Under the pieces are notes generated by a model that made no database searches, was not told the DNA's origin, and saw nothing but the letters and a program-made list of their open reading frames with translations. The position numbers and the translations under genes are program-made. Positions 30,677-38,125 of a DNA stretch of 38,125 nucleotides are shown in pieces (positions within the stretch are counted from its first letter, which is position 1; each line of letters begins with the position of its first letter). The stretch is from Acidimicrobiaceae bacterium (lineage in GTDB: Bacteria > Actinomycetota > Acidimicrobiia > Acidimicrobiales > JACDCH01): contig JBEEFX010000277.1 in assembly GCA_041166365.1 (NCBI GenBank), forward strand, positions 1 through 38,125, given 5' to 3'.

Positions 30677-31423
30677 CTACTGCAAGCCGGCATACGCCCC
30701 GCCGTCGACGTTGATCGCCGCGCCGGTCAGGAACCGCCCGTGCTTTGAGCACACGAAGGCGACGATGGCTCCGAAGTCGGCGGGATCGCCGACGAAGCCC
30801 GCCGGAATTCCGGCGGCCGCCGCGCCGGTGTCGCCGCCGTGCAGGGAGATGAGTCGGTTCGTCGCGTGGAGCCCGGGTTGCACGGAGTTGACAGTGACTC
30901 CGTCGGCGGCCACCTCACGGGCCAGCGTCTTCAAGAACGCAGTTGCTCCGGCGCGCGCGGTGTTCGAGAGGATCAATGTGCCGATCGGTTGGCGAACGGA
31001 GATCGACGTGATCGCCACGACGCGACCCCAACCGCGTTCTTGCATCGGTGGCACCGCGGCCTTGCACATCGCGACGACCGACATGAGGTTCAGGTCCAAC
31101 GCTTCGGGATAGGCGCTGAGCGCGGTCGACGCGAACGTGCCGGGCGGGGGACCGCCCGCGTTCGGCACGAGGATGTCGATGCGTCCGAGCGCGTCGGTTG
31201 CATCAGCGACGAACGCGCCCGCCCCTTCGGGCGTCGACACGTCCGCGACGAGCCCGACCACGCCGTGACCGATCGTCGCGACCGCTTCGTCGATGCGGCC
31301 TTGGTCGCGCCCGCAGATCGCCACACGGACGCCTTCGCTCGCGAGCGCGGCAGCTGAAGCGAGCCCGAGGCCGGACGACGCCGCGGCCACCGCGGCGGTG
31401 CGTCCTGAGATGCCGAGGTCCAT
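30677..31423 (-). CDS. Short-chain dehydrogenase/reductase (atypical, SxxxR in place of YxxxK)
   Basis: MDLGISGRTAAVAAASSGLG, DILVPNAGGPP, LILSNTARAG, VTVNSVQPG, INVDGG. Confidence 0.9.
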   Translation of the reverse strand: MDLGISGRTAAVAAASSGLGLASAAALASEGVRVAICGRDQGRIDEAVATIGHGVVGLVADVSTPEGAGAFVADATDALGRIDILVPNAGGPPPGTFASTALSAYPEALDLNLMSVVAMCKAAVPPMQERGWGRVVAITSISVRQPIGTLILSNTARAGATAFLKTLAREVAADGVTVNSVQPGLHATNRLISLHGGDTGAAAAGIPAGFVGDPADFGAIVAFVCSKHGRFLTGAAINVDGGAYAGLQ

Positions 31424-31430
31424 TGCGCCG

Positions 31431-31440
31431 ACTGTACGCT
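31431..31440. promoter_or_regulatory. Overlapping back-to-back -10 hexamers (bidirectional leaderless promoter)
   Basis: ACTGTACGCT contains TACAGT on the minus strand, 7 nt from ATG 31423, and TACGCT on the plus strand, 7 nt from GTG 31448. Confidence 0.65.
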
Positions 31441-31447
31441 GCCCCCC

Positions 31448-32350
31448 GTGATCGTCGAGTCGGTTGAGGCCGTGCAGGCCGCGCTTGCGGCGCACACGTA
31501 TCTCGCCGACGAAGGCTTGAGCACCGCGGTGTTCCTCGCGCTGCGGCTGCACCGTCCGCTGCTGCTCGAAGGCGAGGCCGGTGTCGGCAAGACCGAGCTC
31601 GCCAAGGTGCTTGCGGAGTGGACCGGCGGCGAGCTCGTCCGGTTGCAGTGCTACGAGGGCATCGACGTCAGCCAAGCCGTCTACGAATGGGACTACGCCC
31701 GCCAGTTGCTGCACGTGCGCGCCGCCGAGGCTGCGGGCACGGCGACAGCCGCCATCGAGGACGAGCTCTACTCGGAGAAGTTCCTCGTCCGCCGGCCGCT
31801 GTTGAGGGCCATCACCGATGCGGGTGGCGACACGCCGCCGCCAGTGCTGCTCATCGACGAAGTCGACCGGGCGGACGACGAGTTCGAGGCCTTCCTGCTC
31901 GAGATCCTGTCGGACTACACGGTGACGGTTCCCGAGCTCGGCACGTTCCGGGCGGCGGTGCCCCCGATCGCGGTGATCACCTCGAACCGCACCCGCGACG
32001 TGCACGATGCCCTCAAGCGACGTTGCCTCTATCACTGGGTGGAGCACCCGGACCTCGACCGCGAGGTGGCGATCGTTCGCGCTCGGGTTCCCGGCGTGAG
32101 CGAGCGTCTTGCCCGTCAGGTTGCGGCCGCGTCGGCATCGATGCGCGAGCGCGGCCTGTACAAGCCGCCCGGCGTGGCCGAGACGATCGACTGGGCATTG
32201 GCGCTCGACACCCTCGGCCGCGACGAGCTGACGACCGCGGCGGCCGACGCGACGCTCGGCACCGTCGTGAAGTACCGCGAAGACCAGGAGCGGTTGCGCC
32301 GTGAGGGTCTCGACGAGTTGGTGGCTGAGGCTGTCGGTCGTGGCGCCTGA
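31448..32350 (+). CDS. MoxR family AAA+ ATPase (CoxD-like)
   Basis: LLEGEAGVGKTE, RLQCYEGID, LLIDEVDRADDEFEAFLLE, TSNRTRDVHDALKRRC, KPPGVAETIDW. Confidence 0.93.
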   Translation: MIVESVEAVQAALAAHTYLADEGLSTAVFLALRLHRPLLLEGEAGVGKTELAKVLAEWTGGELVRLQCYEGIDVSQAVYEWDYARQLLHVRAAEAAGTATAAIEDELYSEKFLVRRPLLRAITDAGGDTPPPVLLIDEVDRADDEFEAFLLEILSDYTVTVPELGTFRAAVPPIAVITSNRTRDVHDALKRRCLYHWVEHPDLDREVAIVRARVPGVSERLARQVAAASASMRERGLYKPPGVAETIDWALALDTLGRDELTTAAADATLGTVVKYREDQERLRREGLDELVAEAVGRGA

Positions 32351-33458
32351 TCGCGCCGCGGTCGCGTTCGTTCGGGCATTGCGCGCCGCGGGTCTCGACG
32401 TGCCCGTGGGCTCGACGGTGACGTTCGCCGAAGCGCTCGCCGAGGTCGGGCTCGCGCGCGAGGCCTCGTTGTACTGGGCCGGACGGGCCACGCTCGTCAC
32501 CCGCGTCGAGAGCGTTCCGGTCTACGACCGGGTGTTCAACTCGTTCTGGCACGGCCGCAGCGTCGACGACGAGCCGCCGTCCGTCGTGGAGGAGATCACT
32601 CTGGCCGTCGAGGACGACGTCGGCGACGACCAGCTTCCGCACCACGAAACCGACGACGCCGCGCCTTTGGTCGTGCGTGCGAGCGCGCTCGAGACGTTGC
32701 GCGCCAAAGACTTCGCCGCATGTACCTCCGCGGAGCTCGATGAGACCCATCGGCTGCTCGCCGATCTTCGCTTCACTCGAGCCCTCAGGCGATCGCGCCG
32801 GCTGCGTCCTGTGCACCGTCATGGCCACGCACGCGGCGCGCACCTCGACGTGCGCACGACCGTCCGGCGATCGCTGCGCGCCGGGGGTGAGCCCGTACAA
32901 CTCGCGAGACGCGGACCGAGCACCCGGGCGCGGCGGCTCGTGCTGCTCGTCGACGTCAGTGGCTCGATGGACCCGTACACGCGCGCGCTGCTGCGGTTCG
33001 CACACGCGGCGGTGGCGGGCGGGCGGCGCGTCGAGACGTTCGCGCTCGGTACGCGCCTCACCCGGCTCACTCGCGCGCTGAGCTCGCGCGACCCGGACGA
33101 AGCGATGGCGCGCGCCGCCGACGCCGTCGAGGACTGGGCCGGAGGTACCCGCCTGGGCGAGGGTCTCCGCGCGTTCAACGACCGCTGGGGGGTGCGCGGC
33201 GTGGCCCGAGGTGCGGTGATCGTGATCCTGTCCGACGGCTGGGAGCGCGACGACCCGGCGGTGCTCACCGAGCAGATGGCCCGCTTGCGGCGCGTCGCCC
33301 ACCGCATCGTGTGGGTGAACCCGCTCAAGGCGACCGTCGGCTACGAACCCTTGGCCCGCGGCATGGCCGCCGCACTGCCGTTCGTCGACGAGTTCGTCGA
33401 AGGGCACTCCCTGGGATCGCTCGAATCACTCGCGCAACTGGTCGGAGGGCAACCATGA
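32340..33458 (+). CDS. VWA domain protein (CoxE-like)
   Basis: MIDAS motif DVSGSM, GTRLTRLT, DWAGGTRLG, ILSDGWE, IVWVNPLK, ARGMAAALP. Confidence 0.92.
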   Translation: MAPDRAAVAFVRALRAAGLDVPVGSTVTFAEALAEVGLAREASLYWAGRATLVTRVESVPVYDRVFNSFWHGRSVDDEPPSVVEEITLAVEDDVGDDQLPHHETDDAAPLVVRASALETLRAKDFAACTSAELDETHRLLADLRFTRALRRSRRLRPVHRHGHARGAHLDVRTTVRRSLRAGGEPVQLARRGPSTRARRLVLLVDVSGSMDPYTRALLRFAHAAVAGGRRVETFALGTRLTRLTRALSSRDPDEAMARAADAVEDWAGGTRLGEGLRAFNDRWGVRGVARGAVIVILSDGWERDDPAVLTEQMARLRRVAHRIVWVNPLKATVGYEPLARGMAAALPFVDEFVEGHSLGSLESLAQLVGGQP

Positions 33459-33769
33459 AAGAGCTCCTCACGGAGATCGACCGATGGCGTTCCGCGGGCA
33501 AGCGCGTCGCCGTCGCCCGCGTGGTCGACGTCGAAGGCTCCGGCCCGCGCGGTCCCGGCGCGGCGATGGCCGTGAACGATGACGGTGAGGTCGCGGGATC
33601 CGTGTCCGGCGGTTGCGTGGAGGGTGCCGTCGTGACCGAGGCACTTCAGGTGCTCGAATCGGGCGACCGCAAGATCGTGACGTTCGGCTACAGCGACGAC
33701 GAAGCGTTCGCTGTGGGGCTCACCTGCGGCGGGACGATTCACCTCTTCATCGAGCCGCTCGACTGGTGA
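33455..33769 (+). CDS. XdhC/CoxI family protein, N-terminal module
   Basis: GSGPRGPGAAM, GSVSGGCVEGAV, AFAVGLTCGGTI. ATGA overlap with the coxE-like gene. Confidence 0.88.
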   Translation: MKELLTEIDRWRSAGKRVAVARVVDVEGSGPRGPGAAMAVNDDGEVAGSVSGGCVEGAVVTEALQVLESGDRKIVTFGYSDDEAFAVGLTCGGTIHLFIEPLDW

Positions 33770-34554
33770 TCTACGAACGGCTGGCCGTCCTCCTCCGCGA
33801 CAATCGGCCGGTCGCGATCGCAACGGTCATCGAGGGCCCGAACCGCGGTGCCAAGGTGCTCGTCTCCACGGAGCACGACGAGGTCATGGGTTCGCTCGGC
33901 GATCCGGACCTCGACCGGGTCGTCATCCGTGACGTCCGCGGTGAGCTGGCCGCAGGTGTCACGATCGTCCGTCACTACGGCGAGCACGGTGAGGCCCGGG
34001 AGCGGGCGGTTGCGGTCTTCATCGAGTCGTTCGCGCCGCCGCCGCAGATGCTGATCTTCGGCGCGGTCGACTTCACCGCCGCGCTCGCAACCATCGCCAA
34101 GGCCCTGGGCTTCTACGTCACGGTGTGCGACGCCAGAGAGGTGTTCGCCACCGAACGGCGGTTCCCGATGGCCGACGAAGTGCTCGTGGACTGGCCGCAT
34201 CGTCTGGTCGAGCGCGTTGGCGAGCGATTGGGACCGCGCGACGCCATCTGCGTGCTGACCCACGACGCGAAGTTCGACGTCCCGGCCATCATCGCCGCCC
34301 TCGCAACCGACGTCGGCTATCTCGGTGCGATGGGTTCGCGGCGGACGCACGCGGCACGCGTCGAGCGGTTGCGCGAGGAGGGCGTCGACGATGCCGGCAT
34401 CGCTCGAGTGATGGCGCCTATCGGGCTCGACATCGGGTCGCGCACCCCCGAGGAGACGGCCATCTCGATCTGCGCGGAGATCATCGCGTTGCGCACGGGA
34501 CGCGTCAGCGGCGTCGCCCCGTTGCGCGACACCGCCGGCCCCATCCACCAATGA
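33766..34554 (+). CDS. XdhC/CoxF family protein with Rossmann domain
   Basis: LIFGAVDF, VCDAREVFAT, LTHDAKFD, YLGAMGSRRTH, PIGLDIGSRTPEETAISI. GTGA overlap. Confidence 0.9.
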   Translation: MIYERLAVLLRDNRPVAIATVIEGPNRGAKVLVSTEHDEVMGSLGDPDLDRVVIRDVRGELAAGVTIVRHYGEHGEARERAVAVFIESFAPPPQMLIFGAVDFTAALATIAKALGFYVTVCDAREVFATERRFPMADEVLVDWPHRLVERVGERLGPRDAICVLTHDAKFDVPAIIAALATDVGYLGAMGSRRTHAARVERLREEGVDDAGIARVMAPIGLDIGSRTPEETAISICAEIIALRTGRVSGVAPLRDTAGPIHQ

Positions 34555-34621
34555 CGACTCCCAGAAACACCTCCAAGGTGCGAGTGCGGCGTCATGCGCC
34601 ACCTCTGCTCCGCACAGCGTC

Positions 34622-35176
34622 GTGACGGCGGCCGCCGTCGTCCTCGCCGCCGGTGAGGGATCGAGGTTCGCGGGCGCGACGCACAAGTTGCTGGCGCCGT
34701 TCCGCGGCCGGCCGCTGTGGTCGTGGGCGGTCGAGGACGCCATCGCCGCTGACCTGGATGCGACCTACGTCGTCACCGGAGCGATCGATCTGGCGATCGA
34801 CGTGCCGGCGGTCGCCGTCCCAAACGTCGCGTGGGCGTCCGGCCAGGCATCGTCGCTGGCTGCGGGCGTCGCGGCCGCCGGGGCGGCCGGGCACGACGTC
34901 GTCGTCATCGGACTCGCAGATCAGCCGCTCATCGGAGCCGCGGCATGGCAGGCGGTCGCCGCGTCGTCGACGACCCCGATCGCGGTCGCGTCGTTCGCGG
35001 GCGAGCGCCGTCCTCCCGTCCGTTTGGCCGCCGAGGTGTGGCCACTCCTGCCGGTGTCCGGAGACGACGGCGCCCGGGTACTCATGCGAGAGCGGCCCGA
35101 CCTCGTGACCGCTGTACCGTGCACCGGCGAGCCGGTCGACATCGACACCCTGGAGGACCTCGAGCGATGGAGTTGA
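34622..35176 (+). CDS. Molybdenum cofactor cytidylyltransferase-like nucleotidyltransferase (MocA-like)
   Basis: VLAAGEGSRFAGATHKLL, GQASSL, GLADQP, GDDGAR, DIDTLEDL. Located within a Mo-hydroxylase cluster. Confidence 0.85.
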   Translation: MTAAAVVLAAGEGSRFAGATHKLLAPFRGRPLWSWAVEDAIAADLDATYVVTGAIDLAIDVPAVAVPNVAWASGQASSLAAGVAAAGAAGHDVVVIGLADQPLIGAAAWQAVAASSTTPIAVASFAGERRPPVRLAAEVWPLLPVSGDDGARVLMRERPDLVTAVPCTGEPVDIDTLEDLERWS

Positions 35177-35868
35177 CCAACGAGTTCCGAGTGGGCGTTC
35201 CGCCGGCAACGGCATGGTCCGTTCTCACCGACGTCGAGCGCATCGCACCGTGTATGCCGGGAGCGCAACTGCAAGAGGTCGAGGGCGACGAGTACCGCGG
35301 CATAGTCAAGATCAAGGTCGGACCGATCACCGCGCAGTACAAGGGCACCGCCACGTTCGTCGAGAAGGACGAGGACAACCTCCGCGCGACGTTGCGGGCC
35401 GAGGGCCGGGACACGCGCGGACAGGGCAACGCCAACGCGACGATCACCGCGAAGCTCACGCCCGACGGTGACGGCACCAAGGTCATCGTCGTCACGGAGC
35501 TCACCGTCACCGGCAAGGTCGCGCAGTTCGGGCGCGGTGTGATGGCCGATGTGAGCGCCAAGTTGCTCGGACAGTTCGTCGAATGCCTCGAGACCAAGGT
35601 GCTCGCCGAGCAGCAGACCGATCAGGCGATCGGCGTTCCCGAGGGCAGCGTGCTCGGTTCCGATCCGGCGCCGACCGATGCGCCCGTCGTGACGCCGACA
35701 CCCGCGGCCGTCCCGTCGGCCGCCCGGCGCATCGAGTCGGTCGAACCGGAGCCGATCAACCTCATCGACACCGCCGGCGGGTCCGTCGCGAAGCGCGCCG
35801 CGCCCGTGCTCGGGGTGATCGCCATCTTCTGGTTGCTGCGCGTGCTCCTCAAGCGCCGCAAGAAATGA
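35167..35868 (+). CDS. CoxG-like SRPBCC protein with C-terminal membrane anchor
   Basis: WSVLTDVERIAPCMPGA, KVGPITAQYKG, GKVAQFGRGVMADVS, followed by a linker, a TM helix and KRRKK. Confidence 0.9.
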   Translation: MELTNEFRVGVPPATAWSVLTDVERIAPCMPGAQLQEVEGDEYRGIVKIKVGPITAQYKGTATFVEKDEDNLRATLRAEGRDTRGQGNANATITAKLTPDGDGTKVIVVTELTVTGKVAQFGRGVMADVSAKLLGQFVECLETKVLAEQQTDQAIGVPEGSVLGSDPAPTDAPVVTPTPAAVPSAARRIESVEPEPINLIDTAGGSVAKRAAPVLGVIAIFWLLRVLLKRRKK

Positions 35869-36221
35869 CGAAGCTCCACCACGTGAACATCACGGTTCCG
35901 CCAGGACGGAGCCAGCCGATCGCGGCGTTCTACCGCGACGTGCTCGGCTTCCAGGGCATCTCGCGACCCGATGGCGAGCGCGCCGGCGTGTGGCTCGAGA
36001 TGGACGACGGCACACAGCTGCACCTCTCCGAGCGCGAGGGCGCACCGCATCCCGACCAACACTTCGCGGTCATGGTCGACGACCTGTCCGCCGTACGTGT
36101 GCGGCTCGGCGAGGTCGGCGCGGCGTTCCAGACGGCCGACGACGTCTTCAAGACCGGCGGACGCGGATTCACCTACGACCCGGCCGGCAACCGCATCGAG
36201 CTCATCGCGAAAGGGCAGTAG
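35865..36221 (+). CDS. VOC/glyoxalase family protein
   Basis: LHHVNI, FYRDVLG, QLHL, HFAV, YDPAGNRIEL. Confidence 0.88.
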   Translation: MTKLHHVNITVPPGRSQPIAAFYRDVLGFQGISRPDGERAGVWLEMDDGTQLHLSEREGAPHPDQHFAVMVDDLSAVRVRLGEVGAAFQTADDVFKTGGRGFTYDPAGNRIELIAKGQ

Positions 36222-36223
36222 CG

Positions 36224-36673
36224 GTGTCCGTAGCCGCGGATCGCGCCGCGGTCGCGAGCTTGCTGGGTCGCGAGCCTCGCAGCTCGTTCGAGGTGGTGGT
36301 CCGGCACGCCGACGGCTCACCCGTCGTCATTCGCAATCCGCCGATCCTCGACGACGGCACGCCGATGGCGACGCGCTACTGGCTCGTGGGTGAACCCGAG
36401 CGCCGTCTCGTTTCGGTCCTCGAGTCGCAGGGCGGGGTTCGCGAGGCGAACCGCGTCGTGGACCCGGAGGAGCTCGCCGCCGCGCACGAGCGCTATCGCG
36501 CCGAACGCGATGCCGCCGTGCCCGAGCACACCGCAGGCCCGCGACCCTCCGGAGGCGTCGGCGGGACGCGCACGGGCGTGAAGTGCCTGCACGCGCACTA
36601 CGCCTGGTTCCTCGCGGGCGGTGACGACCCCGTCGGCCGGTGGGTGAGTGACCACCTCGAGCATCCCGCATGA
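36224..36673 (+). CDS. DUF501 domain protein (Rv1025-like)
   Basis: DDGTPMATRYWL, LESQGG, GGVGG, VKCLHAHYA. Directly upstream of ppx. Confidence 0.88.
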   Translation: MSVAADRAAVASLLGREPRSSFEVVVRHADGSPVVIRNPPILDDGTPMATRYWLVGEPERRLVSVLESQGGVREANRVVDPEELAAAHERYRAERDAAVPEHTAGPRPSGGVGGTRTGVKCLHAHYAWFLAGGDDPVGRWVSDHLEHPA

Positions 36674-37590
36674 GAGTTGCCGCCATCGACTGCGGAACGA
36701 ACTCCACGCGTCTGCTGATCGCGGAGTCGTCAACCGAACCCCGCGGCTTCACCATCCTCGACCGGCGCATGCGCATCACGCGTCTCGGACAAGGAGTGAA
36801 CGCCACCAAGCTGCTGGCGCCCGAGGCGATCGAGCGCACCGCAGACGTGCTGCGCGAGTATCGGGCGGCGATGGACGAGCTCGGGGTCGAGCGCGTGCGC
36901 ATCACCGCGACATCGGCGGCGCGCGACGCCGCCAACCGGGAGGACTTCTTCTCGGTGGCCAAGGGCATTGTCGGTGTCGAGCCCGAGCTGCTCTCCGGCG
37001 ACGAAGAAGCCCGACTCTCGTTTCGCGGCGCTACGGCCGATCTGGATCCCGCGGACGGGCCATTTCTCATCGTCGACATCGGTGGTGGCTCCACGGAGTT
37101 CGTCGTCGGCACCGACCAGCCGGAAGCCGCATTGAGCGTGGACATCGGATGCGTGCGCATCACCGAGCAGGAGCTGCATCACGACCCCCCTCGCGCCGAC
37201 GAATTGAGCATCGCGCTCTCGCTGATCGACGCCTATCTCGACGATGTCGACCGCGAGGTGCCGGGCGCGTCGGAGGCCCGCACGTTCGTCGGCCTCGCCG
37301 GAACGATCACCACGGTCGCGGCGGTCGAGATCGGTCTCGCCGAGTACGACCGTGAGCGCATCCATCACTTCCACTTGACGCGCGCCGCCGCCGAGGACGT
37401 GTTCCGCACCCTCGCCACCGAGTCGCACGATGATCGAGTCGCGAACCCCGGGCTGGATCCGCAGCGGGCCGACGTGATCGTCGCGGGCTGCTGCATCCTC
37501 GTGGCCATCTTCCGTCACTGGGGCTTCGACGAGTGCCTGGTATCGGAAGCCGACATCCTCGACGGACTCGCGCTCAGCCTCCTCGACTGA
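36670..37590 (+). CDS. ppx: Ppx/GppA family exopolyphosphatase
   Basis: AAIDCGTNSTRLLI, ITRLGQGV, ATSAARDA, DIGGGSTE, GLAGT, RADVI, SEADILDG. Confidence 0.95.
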   Translation: MRVAAIDCGTNSTRLLIAESSTEPRGFTILDRRMRITRLGQGVNATKLLAPEAIERTADVLREYRAAMDELGVERVRITATSAARDAANREDFFSVAKGIVGVEPELLSGDEEARLSFRGATADLDPADGPFLIVDIGGGSTEFVVGTDQPEAALSVDIGCVRITEQELHHDPPRADELSIALSLIDAYLDDVDREVPGASEARTFVGLAGTITTVAAVEIGLAEYDRERIHHFHLTRAAAEDVFRTLATESHDDRVANPGLDPQRADVIVAGCCILVAIFRHWGFDECLVSEADILDGLALSLLD

Positions 37591-37646
37591 CGCGTCACCG
37601 GCCCGCGGACGTCACCCCGTGTGCTCGCTGAGCCGTGGACGACGGA

Positions 37647-38072
37647 TCACGGGGCGCTGACGATGGCTTGGTCGACGATCCAGCCGTCGGGCACCGGTTG
37701 CGCCCGCACCTGCACCTCGCCCACCGCGGTCTTGTAGACGCAATAGACCGGCCCCTCGACCGGCGGGTGATTGCACCCTCGGTTCTCGAGCGAACCCGGC
37801 TCACCGGCGTCGAAGGCGGAGTCGACGGCCGAGGAGAGCGCGATGGTCATGGCCGCGGCGCGGTCGCCGTTCCGCCACGCGGTGACGAACACGGTGGCCG
37901 CGTCTTGCGGTGACCTCGCCGGTGACAGCGGAACCGTCGACGCTGTCGTCGGGGCCGTCGTGCTCGTGGTCGTGCTCGGGGGCTCGCTCGAGCGGTCGAC
38001 GCTCTCGGACGAGTCGCGGCTGCAACCGATGAACGCCACCGCGCACAACACAACAGCGGCGCGGCGGATCAC
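37647..38072 (-). CDS. Hypothetical lipoprotein with Ser/Thr-rich linker
   Basis: Signal peptide with lipobox FIGC, a Thr-rich linker and a small domain with two Cys. Confidence 0.75.
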   Translation of the reverse strand: MIRRAAVVLCAVAFIGCSRDSSESVDRSSEPPSTTTSTTAPTTASTVPLSPARSPQDAATVFVTAWRNGDRAAAMTIALSSAVDSAFDAGEPGSLENRGCNHPPVEGPVYCVYKTAVGEVQVRAQPVPDGWIVDQAIVSAP

Positions 38073-38078
38073 CGAGTC

Positions 38079-38088
38079 AACCTAGGCT
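38079..38088. promoter_or_regulatory. Overlapping back-to-back -10 hexamers (bidirectional leaderless promoter)
   Basis: AACCTAGGCT contains TAGGTT on the minus strand, 6 nt from GTG 38072, and TAGGCT on the plus strand, 6 nt from GTG 38095. Confidence 0.6.
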
Positions 38089-38094
38089 CCGCTC

Positions 38095-38125
38095 GTGCCC
38101 CACCGCGATCGCGTGCTCATGGGTC
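38095..38125 (+). CDS. Start of a gene running off the window, possibly a class V aminotransferase (alanine-glyoxylate type)
   Basis: MPHRDRVLMG resembles the RxLMGPGP N-terminus of that family. Only 10 codons are visible. Confidence 0.45.
   Translation, partial: MPHRDRVLMG

Overview
GC-rich actinobacterial chromosome segment. Gene content and style suggest Acidimicrobiia, but that is inference. The conserved core backbone is tRNA-Gln(TTG)-glmU-prs-rplY-pth ... mfd-PPIase lipoprotein-mazG ... eno-ftsB/divIC ... DUF501-ppx. It is interleaved with accessory blocks: (1) a MacB/LolD-type ABC system with a PadR regulator; (2) a ligand-less cupredoxin-like surface protein; (3) a phospholipase C, GT4 glycosyltransferase, SRPBCC protein and methyltransferase opposite a large AAA/STAND regulator and a GNAT; (4) an 845-aa orphan; (5) a ~9.7-kb CoxL-like (form II, AYRGAGR) molybdoenzyme cluster with CoxD/E, XdhC, MocA and CoxG, splitting the eno-divIC-DUF501-ppx operon. 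The most notable signals are a 30-bp motif (22/30 identical) in inverted orientation at both ends of the STAND regulator, a pth gene lacking a canonical start and in frame with rplY, and a GlmU lacking its acetyltransferase active site. Also notable are two same-length 50-bp palindromic elements with identical ends and two symmetric bidirectional leaderless promoters. No CRISPR array, integrase or transposase was seen.
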